Origin: Botryllus schlosseri
Lineage: Eukaryota
Reading direction: 5' to 3'
NCBI GenBank assembly: GCA_051294905.1
Contig: CM119371.1
Location: forward strand, 39,620,001-39,684,000
Length of the DNA: 64,000 nt
The stretch's first letter is position 1; every line of letters begins with the position of its first letter. Below, one piece after another: positions 25,419 to 38,288 of this stretch. The notes under the pieces are model-generated. The model had not been told where the DNA came from. It saw only the letters and a program-made list of their open reading frames with translations, and ran no database searches. The position numbers were made by a program, and so were the translations under genes.

Positions 25419-25846
25419 CTACAAAATGCACGAGTACTTCGCTATCGACTCCCTCCACGTAATAAGTGACTACGGTTTAAGACTGCTTTTACCGATACTC
25501 GTCAGTTTCAGTTTTAGATAGAATTCGGAAACCAAATAATTTCATAAACATAAGCTAATTAAATGAATTTACTCGAATGTACTATGCCGCGCTGATAAGA
25601 TTAATTATAATATACTTATCATGTTACAAACGGTGATGATGTGGCAATGGATGATGTGGCACTATAGGCGTGGCACTTGATGATGTTGCGCAGGTGATGT
25701 GGCAATGGGCGTCATATAGGTGCAGCAATGGGCGGATGATGTGGCAAGGGGTGTCCCATAGGTGCGGCAATGGGCGGATGATGTGGCAATGTAGGCGTGG
25801 CAATTAAGGCGACGTGGCCTTCTGTAATTGGCGGGGCACAATTTGA

Positions 25847-26695
25847 TCAACCCTCACTACTAAGGTGGCCCCGTAGGTCTTCGAGTTCCGACGCAAAAGG
25901 CATGTAGACGGCTTTCCAGACATCATCAGGAATAATGGTGTTTTCTGGAGTCGTCAAGTCAGGAGGTTTGTACGGGAGTTTAGCCAGCGCTACTGCTTGT
26001 GCACACAGGTTATCGAGTTCCGTCTTTACGTTCGGATTGGTGTCTTTTTGTAGAATGTATGTGGTAACTGGGCCAGCCATGGGATGACACGACTTTCGTG
26101 ATGTTCGGGGTTTTGGTGTAGGTGGAGAGAGGGCGAGGTCCTTCGTTGTCAGCGGGGATTCCCTACCTATCCAATCTGACCTCTGAGCTCGGTGCGCGCC
26201 CGCACTTACCGTCACGCCGACGGACTCAATCTCCGCCGGGGGCCCTGATTCTGGGGAGACGTGCATCCTAAAATCCCCAGACTCCTCGTCGGTCATATCC
26301 AGACACGTGTCTGGTTGAACGACAATAGCTGCTTCGTTAATACCTTTTGGGAAAGTAGTTAAAACAGGTGCTGTCGTAATGCTACTATGGGCCGAACAGT
26401 TACATTTGTCCGGACAAGTGCATCTACGAGAGCTTTCTGGACCAACTCTCTCGCGTGGGTCCTCATTTGCGCCAGCGGGGATTCCACACTCGACGTCTTC
26501 AAGAATAGTGCCAGCAGGGATTCCTGACTCGACACTTGGAATTTCCCATAGGTTTTGTGTGACGTTAGTTGCGCTTTTCAACTCGTCGTTCGCGCCAGTG
26601 GTGATTACCATCTCGACACTTGCGCCAGCGGCGACGGCTGGCAACGATGGCCAGCGCGCCGATTCGACGCTTATCTGATTTGCAGCTTCCATCAA
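25847..26695 (-). pseudogene. Low-complexity linker ORF downstream of the protease in the Gypsy-like polyprotein
   Basis: 282-codon open frame rich in Pro/Thr/Ser/Ala, collinear with the protease relic; no recognised domain. Confidence 0.5.
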
Positions 26696-26773
26696 CCCAT
26701 CGTCGGTCGCAGTTTTGCAAAGACTGCTTCCGACTTTGGTTCCATCCCGTTGATCACACGAGATATCGTCGCA

Positions 26774-27085
26774 TCAAGTTAATAAAGACAACTCTTCATT
26801 TGCGTTAGACGGAGTTTTGAACTCAGTTGCTATGTTTGGTAATTGCTGTACTTGATCAATCCATTTCAATCCCACAATATTGAGTGGGACTCCTTTTCCG
26901 ATCGCAAATGGAACCGACAGACCGTCAAAATCAATCACTACCAAGGAATCAACGGGGGATGAGCCACCTATACCACGCAATTTCATGTCTAAGGGTTGGC
27001 GCTCATCCCAAATTCGTGGGTATTTAGTATTCGTGACATTTTTCATTATCAAATTGGGGATGCTTCCCGTATCAGCCAGGAATTT
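26774..27085 (-). pseudogene. Retropepsin (aspartic protease) relic
   Basis: TKFLADTGSIPNLI...LRGIGGS...NIVGLKWI: DTG active site, GIGG flap and ILG-like motif. Confidence 0.85.
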
Positions 27086-27601
27086 TGTACTAGTTTTTTA
27101 TCAAATAAATACAAGAGTTGGCCGCCGAACAGTTCCGTAAAATCCGGCTGCAAATGGTCATCCGGTGTATCAAGAAACGTAAATAGGGGTAGGGAATCAT
27201 TATGTACAGTTTTTGTGTGTTGGGGTAGTATATTATCTGGGAACTGATTTACCGGATCAATCAGCACCCCGAAGCGATTTTTGAGAGTCGAATACCTTGA
27301 TTCAGTTCATCATCCGTCCAATATAAAGCGTCATATCGACGTGGACGATTATGATATTGAGGTTCCGTCCAGGCCACCTGGCTATTACCCCGGGTTGGGT
27401 GTGCAGACGGTCCTTGAGGACCCCATTGATCCCTATCATGCCAGTGGGTTCTATCTTGATTTTGTGGCCTAGTATCATAATAGGTTACACACAAAGCTGT
27501 CCCTTGTGTAAATGAGGTGGGAAGATATTGGTCAAGCCCGTCCAATTGTTAGTATGTTATTTCTTGTAAAGAAAGGTTTCCAATTACGTCCTGCTGATTC
27601 T

Positions 27602-28569
27602 TTAACATTTGAGGGCACTGGACGTGCTCGCTACGTACTTTCCCCCCAGGGCAAGAACCTGATTGTTTAGCCAAAGTATTAATTTAGCCACACAACTACG
27701 GGACTGGTGTCCCGGGGCCTTACAGTAATAACACACCGAGAGTGACTGGCCTTGAGAGGGATTCAAATACAAGCCTAAAGGTGCGAAAATATTAGGGTTT
27801 CCAAGAAAATTGTACCTTTCACCTTGGCTCTCCGCAATGTTGCGGGCTTCCCGGCTGCTAGATGGAGTAATCTGTGATCCGTCCCCACCCACCACGGAGT
27901 CCTGCGTATCTGCCATTCGAGGGCTTCGGTTCGAGTTTCCCGGTCCCTGGCTAAAACGCGGAGGCCCCGTAGTTCTTGTCGATTGCACCTCAGGTCTCGT
28001 CGGTGCGGTACGCCCAGTCTGGGGTCGTACTAGTATAGGCCTCGGGCCCTGTCCTCGCCTACCAGGTCCATTCCCATTCATGACGTTGGTAGGAGGTCAT
28101 GACGTTGGTAGGTTCGAGCTATACGAGAAGGATCGCGGCGTAGTGGTGGAGCCTGGCCTGCGTTGACAAGTTGACGCGGTGAGATCTTTCTAAGCGGCCC
28201 AGGAGGTGTTGCTCTCCCAAAGGAGGCAGTGATCGAAGTGTTCGTCTTCAGACTCTCCCCCGTCCACTGAAATTGCCAGGAAATGACACACCGCACCGGA
28301 AGTCCGTCAGTTGGTGCCTCCATTTGTTTATAGTGTAGCTTCATGGCGCTTGTCATGCAAGTATAGTCTACACTTGGTTCGATTTTCTTCACAGTGCTGA
28401 AGCCCATCTCCTGGCTTTTCCACAATCTTCGACATGCACAGCCAGAACTTGACGACGTTGATTGAAGCATTGGCTGCAGCTTGATCGAACGAAGCAGTGA
28501 CCTTGAAGGTCCAGAGGCCTCAAGACTAGTCATAACATAGCCAAAGCTTAATACAACCAAATACTCCAA
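27602..28569 (-). pseudogene. Gag relic with CCHC zinc knuckle
   Basis: CYYCKAPGHQSRSC (CX2CX4HX4C) after an Arg/Pro/Gly-rich segment; frameshifted ORFs; upstream of the protease. Confidence 0.8.
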
Positions 28570-31069
28570 TAATTATCAACCAATTATGGACACAAAATAG
28601 GGTGCTTCTATAAACATCGTCCCGTACGGGTCTATCCGAATACGAATAAAAGCTAGGCCTATAAATATGTCATGCATGATTGATAACTTTTCAATACTCC
28701 AAGGTTAGTTTACACATATAAATGTGAAGGCCTTTCCTGCCTCAAAACACAAGCACATATAATATTCAAGAAACATGCCAATAGATGCCACAAAAAAGAA
28801 CACTCAGCGTTCAAGTTGACCAATTTGCAGACCATCGTATTTTATAAGAGTTTCCCAGTCTTCCAGCTGTAGCTATCGAACCGAAGTCAATCCAGAAACC
28901 GACCCCTTGTTTGAGTACTTTACATCTTATGATCATCAAGTACTTTTCGTGTCGATTCGGGAATCAGGCGCTCCAACAGAACACGGGGTTTGTTGAGGGT
29001 TCGTCGTAGGTAGAGATTCCAAATGCAATATCTCTACGCCCTTGGCTCTTCTCGTCTTCAGTTCATCGGCTTCATGGAGCTATTGCAGCATATTTCATTG
29101 GGCTTCTCCATTTCTGTATTCTTTGCAACTTCGGCTAGCAGTCGATCCTATTTTATCGCACTGCTTTAGTTCTGTATACGTTGCAACTGTGGCAAGCAGC
29201 CGATCCAATCATTATAAGGCTAAGAGCTTCCAGGGGGACATGTGAACATCACCCTTCAACGCCAAAAGACTTCAGAACATCCCGCAATAAATCGTCAATG
29301 TCCTGTTTTGTGGATATAGTCTGATAATGAATGCTTCGTTTTGGGCCGTGTTTCGAGAGTGCTAGTGGCTTTACACTGGTAGAGCCACAAATTTGCCAAA
29401 ACTAGAGGACACATTCATTCTGTCTACATAAGTAGCCATTGGATATTACAACTGGATGTACAATTCATGTGGGCACCATACATGGCATGGATATGCAATA
29501 GGCATACATACATATATCATATATACTTCAGCTCACTGCGAAAGTTCGCATACATGAAGAAATGGTGGCGCCATTTTCGGTAAAACAACCTGATGGTATA
29601 GCTAACTACTGACATACATACGACAATTCCAGATAAGCACAAAGTGCTGTCAACACAACGGCCAAATCCACAAAGCATATTCGACTGTTCATTCATTAAC
29701 CCATGCGCAAATTCGAAATACAAAATGGCGGCATTTTTGTTAACTCAGCACGATAGTGAGTATCGGCAATAGAGTTCGAACACATTCTGCAAATTTAGCG
29801 TTGACGCAATCGATCTCATGAAACGAAAGCGTGAACCCTTGGACTCAATTTTCGACACATCAATTTCGCAAAAATTGATGTGTGTACTTTTCTGTTGTAT
29901 ATAAGAATTTTTACTTTTATTTTATTGAGAGTTATTTAGGGTCATTATATCTGTTGCTTACGCAACAGCAATTCATCTTACTAAATGCTCTTTTATGTGC
30001 AGCCTATTTTTTAGGTACTAGTCTTGTTCATAATCTCACACTAAAATACCTTACCTTAACAATTTGGAGGGGCAGTGTAGGCATTCTCTGAAATATAAGA
30101 TTTGCAGTGCCTGGGTCAGAGCTTAAATCCACGACCTTTTACGGTGTTTAGCTGCAATCCATGAAGTGCGGATTTATGCATTTGAAAACGAGTGACACTG
30201 CGATTCGCCTATGGAAAGGCACGAACTAACACTGGCGTTTCTACGCTACGACGTGAAATTCATCACAATATAAGCTCAGTAATACATGGTAGCACAAAAT
30301 GGACACATTTGTGTGACACAATATTCAACGAATGGCCTCGGCGCTCGGCGAGCACTTGGACACATTACGATTATCGCAATACAGACCAACTGCTCGGCTG
30401 CATTGCCATCCAGTTTAGAATTGTATTAACCTTCACCGAAATAGTATAGCCTAGAGCGGCGACGGGGTTCAGATATAGGTTTGAATATATTTTCAGTTCG
30501 AGTCGCCATTTCGGCTTTGTCCTTGCGACAAGCTGCCTCATTTCTGAAGCTAATATTTTGGATTAGTGCGTTTCGTTTCACTGAAGCTAATTTAATTGTC
30601 CTTACAAGCACTATACATGAATGATTTTAAATAAAGGCACTACTATGGAATATCTAGGTATCAACATATCACGCGCAACTCATGCAACGCAACGCAGATA
30701 TAGCAACAGGCACGTACTCATTTATGCTCAGTGATGCCATTTATTTACTTTACGCTGCTATGAGCTATTTCTCGACCCTATTAATTGTTTTCAATTATAA
30801 CGCATTCATGCTAACATGATGAAAGCTAGTAGCTGTTGACAAAATCAGATTTTTTGTAATACTAGGGCGAGATAAAGACAGGCCAAAATGAACGCGAAAG
30901 TCTGTTATAGCGACTATTGCTTGTGTGAACGTAACACACAATATTAACACAATTCAGATATTGCGAGTTATCGTCGCGAAGAGCGCTCGCTCATTGCAAT
31001 ATATTTGTTACCGACTGGTTGACACAATCCCAGCAAACACTAGATGTCTTTTGAACCTGTCAGGATATC

Positions 31070-31750
31070 TTTTTCTTGTCCAGCCAGGTTCAAATCATAT
31101 CTTGTGCATGCTTTGTGCTGAAGCACGACTTAAATATATCTTTTTCATGTCCAGTCATGTTCAAATCATATCTTTGTGCAAACCTTGTGCTGAAGCACGA
31201 CTTAAATATATCTTGTTCTTGTCCAGTCAAGTCCAAATCGTATCTTGTTCATACCTTGTGCTGAAGCACGAATTAAATATATTTTTTTCTTGTCCAGTCA
31301 AGTCCAAATCATATCTCGTCCATACCTTGTGCTGAAGCACAACACAAATATATCTTGTTCTTGTCCTGTCAAGTCCAAATCATGTCTTGTCCATACATTG
31401 TGCTGAAGCACGACTTAAATATATCTTGTTCTTGTCCAGTCGAGTCCAAATCGTATCTTGTTCATACCTTGTGCTGAAGCACGAATTAAATATATCTTGT
31501 TCTTGTCCTGTCAAGTCCAAATCATGTCTTGTCCATACATTGTGCTGAAGCACGACTTAAATATATCTTGTTCTTGTCCAGTCGAGTCCAAATCGTATCT
31601 TGTTCATACCTTGTGCTGAAGCACGAATCAATTTTTTTTTGTCCAGTCAAGTCCAAATCATATCTTGTCCATACCTTGTGCTGAAGCACGACACAAATAT
31701 ATCTTGTTCTTGTCCAGTCAAGTCCAAATCATGTCTTGTCCATACCCTGT
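31070..31750. repeat. 71-bp subterminal tandem repeat, about 9.5 copies
   Basis: TGTGCTGAAGCACGA recurs at 31114, 31186, 31257, 31328 and onward. Confidence 0.95.
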
Positions 31751-32978
31751 GATGGCCTCCGCTGCTTTCGGTGGTTGATGGGTATTATAGAGTGTATAAT
31801 TGGAATTGGTCGGCTCCGAAATTTTGGAAGGCAATTTGAAAGTCAGCAAAATCCGGCTGGAGAATTTCCGGTTCTGCGTCCCAAAAACTTCTACCAAAAT
31901 CATGATATCGTATTTAAGATTATAATTAAGAATGTTGCTAAAATCCAACTGTCGAAATAAATTCAGAATCCGCATCCAGTCCGGCTGAAATCGCTGAAAT
32001 CCTGCTACGACTCCGGCTTCTGATCCGGAGTGTAAACGAGAGGCCGTTTCTCCCTTGCGAGTTCACATAAGTTTTGGCGCGGAATACTGGCAGACAAAGC
32101 GCTCTCGTAATGGCGGCTTACAGCTATACAGTCGTATGTTAGGTTTAGTTGCGTTCTGGAATTAATCGTGGTAAATTGAGGCTCAACCAACCATATTCCT
32201 TCAGAGGATTACTGAAAACTTAACTGTAGATGGTAATTTATATATGCTTCATACGAAACATAGGTATATGATGTATGGTATAAATGTCACAAAGTATATA
32301 TAGAACTTGGTTTGCACTTTTGCGAATATCATAAGCTATTGTGACAGTGCTGGATTATATATAATATCATCAGATGGTGGTCGTTGAAATCATTCATTGT
32401 GATCGAATGTTTTTGTACTTTTGTCTATAATAGTGTAGTGGGGGCTCATGAATTCAATAACGAGATTAATTAGGCCACAGAGTTGAACGCCTTATGAAAT
32501 CTTAATTAGGGATTGCACCGTGTGTTGATTGATCAGGGAGAAAAAACATGGCGGCGCCTGCATGACAATGTTATTTTCAAATTCACATTGTCCTCAGCAT
32601 TATCGGTGGGAAATGGATTTGAAGTGACATTGCTGTCGTTGTAATACATTCATTAAATACGATTTATTCATTGTATATGTGGATAAATGGGCGAATAATG
32701 TATCGATTCAGCAATCCGGCCTATATCCGGCCCGCCGACTGGAGAAGTTGCCCACCCCTGATCTAACCTCTCGTCAAGATCAACGTTCCATCAAGTTATT
32801 TGATGTCTATGCAGGCGCGTAGCCAGAGGGGGGGTTTCGAGGGTATAGTCGTCATTTACGCATGTACTTAACCATAATGAATTGATGCTATATTAGTGAA
32901 TTCGAAAAATATCGAAACCCTGCCATATTATTTTAAAAAACCCTACTTATTTTTTGCCATTTGTATTTTGTACTACAG

Positions 32979-35008
32979 GTATCTGCTTTGAAAGGACTTC
33001 ACGGTGAACAATTGGCCTCAACGGTCAGAAATATCATGACAAGCATAGCTGTAAAAGATGTGTGGCAATTGTTCAGCCTAAAAGGTCAAAGAAGCAAAAA
33101 TGGACAAAAAAGAAGTTTTCAAAATTTTACTCTTTACAAGACTATAAAACGTAAGTTGTTACTGATATTACAATCGCGATTTCAAAACCCATGATAACGA
33201 TGTCTTCGAGAGCATTTTTACAGAGTTAGGGTATTTTGCTTTCCCTTCTTGTGAAAGATCATCGCAGCTAAATTGCAAATCGTTGCTGACCACACACCCT
33301 TATAAGCCCTCGTTTGAAGTCATCTTCTACTGACATTGCCGACATGGCGAAATCACAAGCAAGTGCGTTGATTGCGCAACTCCATGTTGAGTCTGGAATG
33401 TTTTGAAATACCAATTTTGACACCATGGGGTGATCACATTCGAGAGAGATTGTTACCGCTGGCGGAGATTCCGATTTGCCGCATTGTTTTGTAATGCCGC
33501 CCCTGATCTACTTATATTCTCTTTGAAGGAGCATGTAAAGTGGCTCATCCTACGGCCGACAGTACAACAATTACAACTAAAGTGGGACGATTTCTAACTG
33601 TTATTGGAGCTTGCAAGGTAATTTTGTTTATGAATCTGACGTCTGTGTGACAGCTGCGTTCTTTATCCGTAAGTGAATCGTTGCTACCTCCAGGGCCACT
33701 ACCATTCATCTTCAGAACACTATACCAGTGGTTTCCAAACTTTGACGTGATGTAATTTAAAAAAAATTATAGTTATTTAATTTCTCGGATTATCCTTGAT
33801 TGGTGGATAATCCGCGATTTATCAACGAAAAACTCACATAAACCCGCTTCTACTGGTCGGAATTGACTCAAATTTGTTTTGCAACGTCTTTGAAGACAGC
33901 TCAACAATTTCATGGGGTTGGCAGGAAAATTGGGAAATTTTTTTTTTAATTTTCAATAATAAATTAAAAATTTTAATTGGATCTGCGGAGTCCTATACTT
34001 GTTAGAATCGAACCAAATTTGGTGTGCAGCGTTTTTAGGGTAACCTGACAATTAAATCAGTGAATGGCTGGAATCCGAGGAAAAAAGTTATTTTTGAACA
34101 GCCCTACTGCACACGTGAGCAATTACGCAGTGCTTAGTTGGTCTCAGCGCAGAAAAAGCGCAGAAAAAATCTGAAGTGATGTCATTTTTTTAGTCGTTAC
34201 GTACTACTGTCGAAGGGACCGCGCAGTGAGTTGGTGAGTGTGTGCAGACTCTTCAAAAATTAGAGGGAACATTGGGCCGGCTGTTTCGGTGGCGAACAAG
34301 ATGCATGGCAAATATGGCTCAATTCCAACGTGTAGAAGTCAAATCATTGAGATACAAAATTAGGGATTGGAAACTTCGCTGGTATATATATTAGGTACAT
34401 TTTACAGCTAGCTATACTATCCCATTCACCAAAGAAATGTTTGAAGCTGGCCCAGAACGATAACGATGAGTTATACGATCTTCCAGGGCCGTAACTGTCA
34501 CACTCCAAACACCCAATTAGGATAGCTCGACTGGACCCAAAATTACTTTGTTGGTCGTTTGTTGAAGTAGATGTAATCAAATTGAATATTTTTGTCGTGC
34601 TTAGCGCGATTTCTTGTCCCTGTAGGTCTACATTTAAATATGATTAGTAAGATAAAAAGGTGCTTATGTTAGAGAAATATGCAAATCGGTGGTGGCGATT
34701 ACCACACATTGAAAAGGACTACGACTCTACTCTGTGCTAAGAGATGGGCCTCAAGAACATTTTCAAACAACACACACCACCAAGGTCGTCGTGACTTCCT
34801 AAAGGCGATTCGGAATCCTTGGATGAATGTGACTTGCCATGACCGTCCCATTGTACTCGCAACCAAACACATATAATGACTTTTGCTCTACTGCTAATCA
34901 ATCGAAGTAATCAATTCATTTATGTTTTAGGATGACGATAAAGGAGAAAACAGGAGCAAGACTGTTATCGAGGAGGCTGAAGATTCCGATACCGATAACA
35001 TAGACTAA
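32979..35008 (+). pseudogene. Spliced DUF4806-like accessory gene fragment (exons 32979-33150, 33529-33617, 34931-35008)
   Basis: Phase-compatible GT-AG introns give VSALKGLHGEQLASTVRNIMTS...FSLKG...KRSF...LYKTIK|RACKVAHPTADSTTITTKVGRFL...|DDDKGE...NID*. No upstream exon found. Confidence 0.65.
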
Positions 35009-35460
35009 TGCTAATGCAGAAATATTTGCTGAAGTGATTGCACAGTTCTGTATCAAGGCCCAATTCTTGCTAACGTATTTTCTTCATCCATGTTTTTTTT
35101 GGCGTGTTTTGTTCTGATTTCATACAGAACAGAAAGCCATAAACATGATTTTTAAAATTGGCGATTAGTTTTAATTCTGAATCAAGGCCTACCTCTTGCT
35201 GCCTACTTCTTGCTAACGTATGTTGTGTCACGGACTGTTATTTTACCTTGATTCTTCATCTATTTTTATTCCAATTTTCCGTCGAGGTCTAGTCCAGTTC
35301 ATTTTTTTTTTTGAACTGGTATAATACAGAACAAAAAGCCATACATGATTTGTAAATCTGGCGATTCGTATTCGTTCATATGTGAAGTCCAGCAAATAGC
35401 AGGTTTAGCCAACCAGGGTTCAGGGTCACACAGGGTCGAGTTATACAAAAAATCTCTTCT

Positions 35461-35660
35461 AGGATATGTTTAAGGATGTTAGTCAGGATATCTTTGAGGA
35501 TGTTTATCAGGATATCTTTGAGGATGTTTCTCAGGATATCTTTGAGGATGTTTATCAGGATATCTTTGAGGATGTCCATCAGAATGTCTTTGAGGATGTT
35601 TATCAGGATATCTTTGAGGATGTCCATCAGAATGTCTTTGAGGATGTCCTACAGGACATC
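35461..35660. repeat. 24-bp (12-bp dimer) subterminal tandem repeat
   Basis: (AGGATATCTTTGAGGATGTTTATC)n. Confidence 0.95.
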
Positions 35661-37549
35661 TTATATATATCCATTTCTGTCGACAAATGTATATATTTTG
35701 CAGTTCAGTGAAGGACATCTTTTGAACTCATGGAAGATGTTTAAAAAATATCTTTAATAAGTTTTGTGTTTGCTGGGATTCGATGCACCGCCATCGATGA
35801 CCATGGCTAATAGTTGCGATATGACAATCAGCTGGGTTTGCAACTCCGAAGATAACTAAATTTATCCCGCAATTTAATAATCATTCAGTTCGTTCAGTTT
35901 TTAGTGATATTAAGAGTTTGGTAATCATACCTTTACAAAGTAATTAATTATTATCAATGCAAAATAATCGATCAATATCACGACTGTTGTAAATCGAAGT
36001 CTTCGTCGTAATCAATTACGGAAAAATCACAGCTTTATGATATGTGTCCATTCGATGGTCCTGAAAAAACGAATTGTCCAATTTATATTGCTAAATTAAT
36101 TTAAATTCAAGTCACTTTTTTAAACAATCCGGGAATATAGGACTAGTTCCGAATTATCTCAAGTTATAGCTAAGGGCATTTCTATATCTAAAAATGGCGG
36201 AATGAAGTATATCTCAAACTATCGACCAAATCTATCTCGATACTATAGACCACCGCATCCATCCTCCTCGCCACCTCATCCGCGTCAGCGGTGTCTTATA
36301 AAAGCCTAGAGGTGGGCCGTGCTATAAGTCGGCAGTGACGGAAAATAAGAAGAATATCGGCCTGGTGTAAATGACCATAGTAGTCGACAAACACCATGAA
36401 TACCCCAAAACAAAACAGAAACCACCGCATCCACTTCTTATTCAATTCTAAGGATTTGTCATATCAACTCATCTGGAGTATGTTTCGGCCGGCCACAATC
36501 TTCTCTCTGCAATCTTGCATGATGAGAATATGGCGGTCAATTCAGTGCCAAAACTAGAAGCTGCAGGAATCATACACGTTTACGATTGTTAAAATTGCAC
36601 ATGCACATGTAATACCAACAGTCAGCAAAACGTGACTCCGCGCCATATCTTCTGAGTGGAAAACAATTGTGATGTTATACCCGCACTAATCAAACACGTA
36701 GAATCGGACCCCTTGTCGTCGCAACAACATGCCACTACCCGACTATAGCCAATACATTTTCCATTAAACAAAACAATATTGATCACCACTCAATTATTCG
36801 GGGCAAGGTGACTTTGAGAAGCCAGTATCTGGACAATCCGACCAATTCATCGGTATTAAAAAAAGTGGAATGTAAATTTCTATGGCGTCCGTCCGCTACC
36901 CAGCGTCTAGTTTGCTGCGGTAGTACATCGTAATTTTAATGCCATAATGAATATACTTGACTTCTCAGTAAGCCAGCAACTATTCTGGACAATTCTTTAG
37001 CAGTAACCCAATTGCCTAACATATATGGTCGTCAAGGTATAGCCAGGTCATAGACAGAACTCGCCGCGAATACAGCAGGTCTTGCGGTGACGGGTTGCGT
37101 ACCGTATACGGCCAAATGTAATCGGGTAGTCATGACGTATACCGTATTGCACATTGCAGAGTCAGAACACCCCACATCAATGCGATTGGGAAGTCGATGA
37201 ACCTTTCACAATCCTGCTCGAAGAATTGTTAAAATTTGTAGGCCATATCAGTGAGTGAACAATGAACTTGAACATGCTATTATAGCGTTCTCTGTCGTTG
37301 GCGCGCGTTCTTCTTGTTCCGCGGTTCGGTGTATATAACGTTGACACGTTAGCGCAAGTCTTTTATTAAAACAAACTAAAACAACGGCAATGTTCTTCCG
37401 GCGGTAACTAAAAGCGACTGCACCACATAGGTTCGCAAACACAACAAGACGTAGCGTCCCACATATAGAAATACAACCAAGAGGTCAAGGCACATTATCA
37501 TATATATGTATAAAACATGCGTGTAAGTAGGACAGCTTAAAAAAATATT

Positions 37550-37830
37550 AAGTTCTTACCCGAGTCCATCCCAGAAAGATTTACTCATATTACCAAAAGG
37601 CGTACTGATCAGGTTTTTACCTGAGTCGACCCCGAAGGATGACTAACTCTTAGTTCTTAACTAAGTCGAACCCTAAGGATGACTAACTGACTGACCCTAA
37701 CCCTAACCTGAGTCCTCCCATATGAATGACTCATTAAGTCCTCACCTGAGTCCACCCCAAAGGATGACTCACTAAGTCCTCACCTGAGTCCACCCCAAAG
37801 GATGACTAACTATCTGCGACAACTCCTGAG
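37550..37830. repeat. ~36-bp degenerate minisatellite
   Basis: CCTGAGTCCACCCCAAAGGATGACT repeated, with a short CCCTAA tract. Confidence 0.8.
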
Positions 37831-37979
37831 ACTATATATACCCTTCCCTTACCAAACCAATTACCTATGTTAAAAAAGGCATTTCTTGTCATGACGGGAG
37901 TCCAAGTTTTGAATACGAGTACATTCTCCTTATGCATCAATGGCGTTCAATTTCTATACCTTCTCGTGAAACAACTGCA

Positions 37980-38288
37980 CTGTAATTTTACAGCGCCCCG
38001 CGCAACACCGGCGGTGCAATTCCACAGCGTTTCGTGTAAAATTCCACTATTACTCAATGACGCTATAATTCCACAGCACCCAGTGCACCAATGGCTCTGT
38101 AATTTTACAGCGCCCCGTGCAACACTGGCGCTGTAAGTTCACAGCGTTTCGTGTAAAATTCCACTATTACTCAATGACGCCATAATTCCACAGCACCCAG
38201 TGCACCAATGGCTCTGTAATTTCACAGCGCCTCGCGCAACACTGGCGCTGTATGTTCACAGCGTTTCGTGTAAAATTCCACTATTACT
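37980..38288. repeat. 118-bp tandem repeat, about 2.6 copies
   Basis: CTGTAATTTTACAGCGCC recurs near 37980, 38098 and 38216. Confidence 0.9.

Larger units (their letters stand above)
21823..25629. repeat. 3.8-kb palindrome (1887-bp arms, 33-bp spacer)
   Basis: Arms 21823-23709 and 23743-25629; paired coordinates sum to 47452; three substitutions noticed between arms. Confidence 0.97.
31029..35777 (+). mobile_element. CMC/EnSpm-like element
   Basis: TIR CCCAGCAAACAC...GTGTTTGCTGGG, 2-bp TSD AT, tandem subterminal repeats at both ends, internal DUF4806-like exons. Confidence 0.8.

Noticed and set aside
31070..31750. CRISPR-like regular repeats
   Set aside because: Whole 71-bp units repeat with no unique spacers; eukaryotic context and no cas genes.
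35376..35757. Repetitive ORFs (DILKDIL, QDIFED, HPQRYPD)
   Set aside because: Products of the 24-bp subterminal repeat.
37694..37708. CCCTAA telomere-like tract
   Set aside because: Only about two units inside a minisatellite; not an interstitial telomere array.
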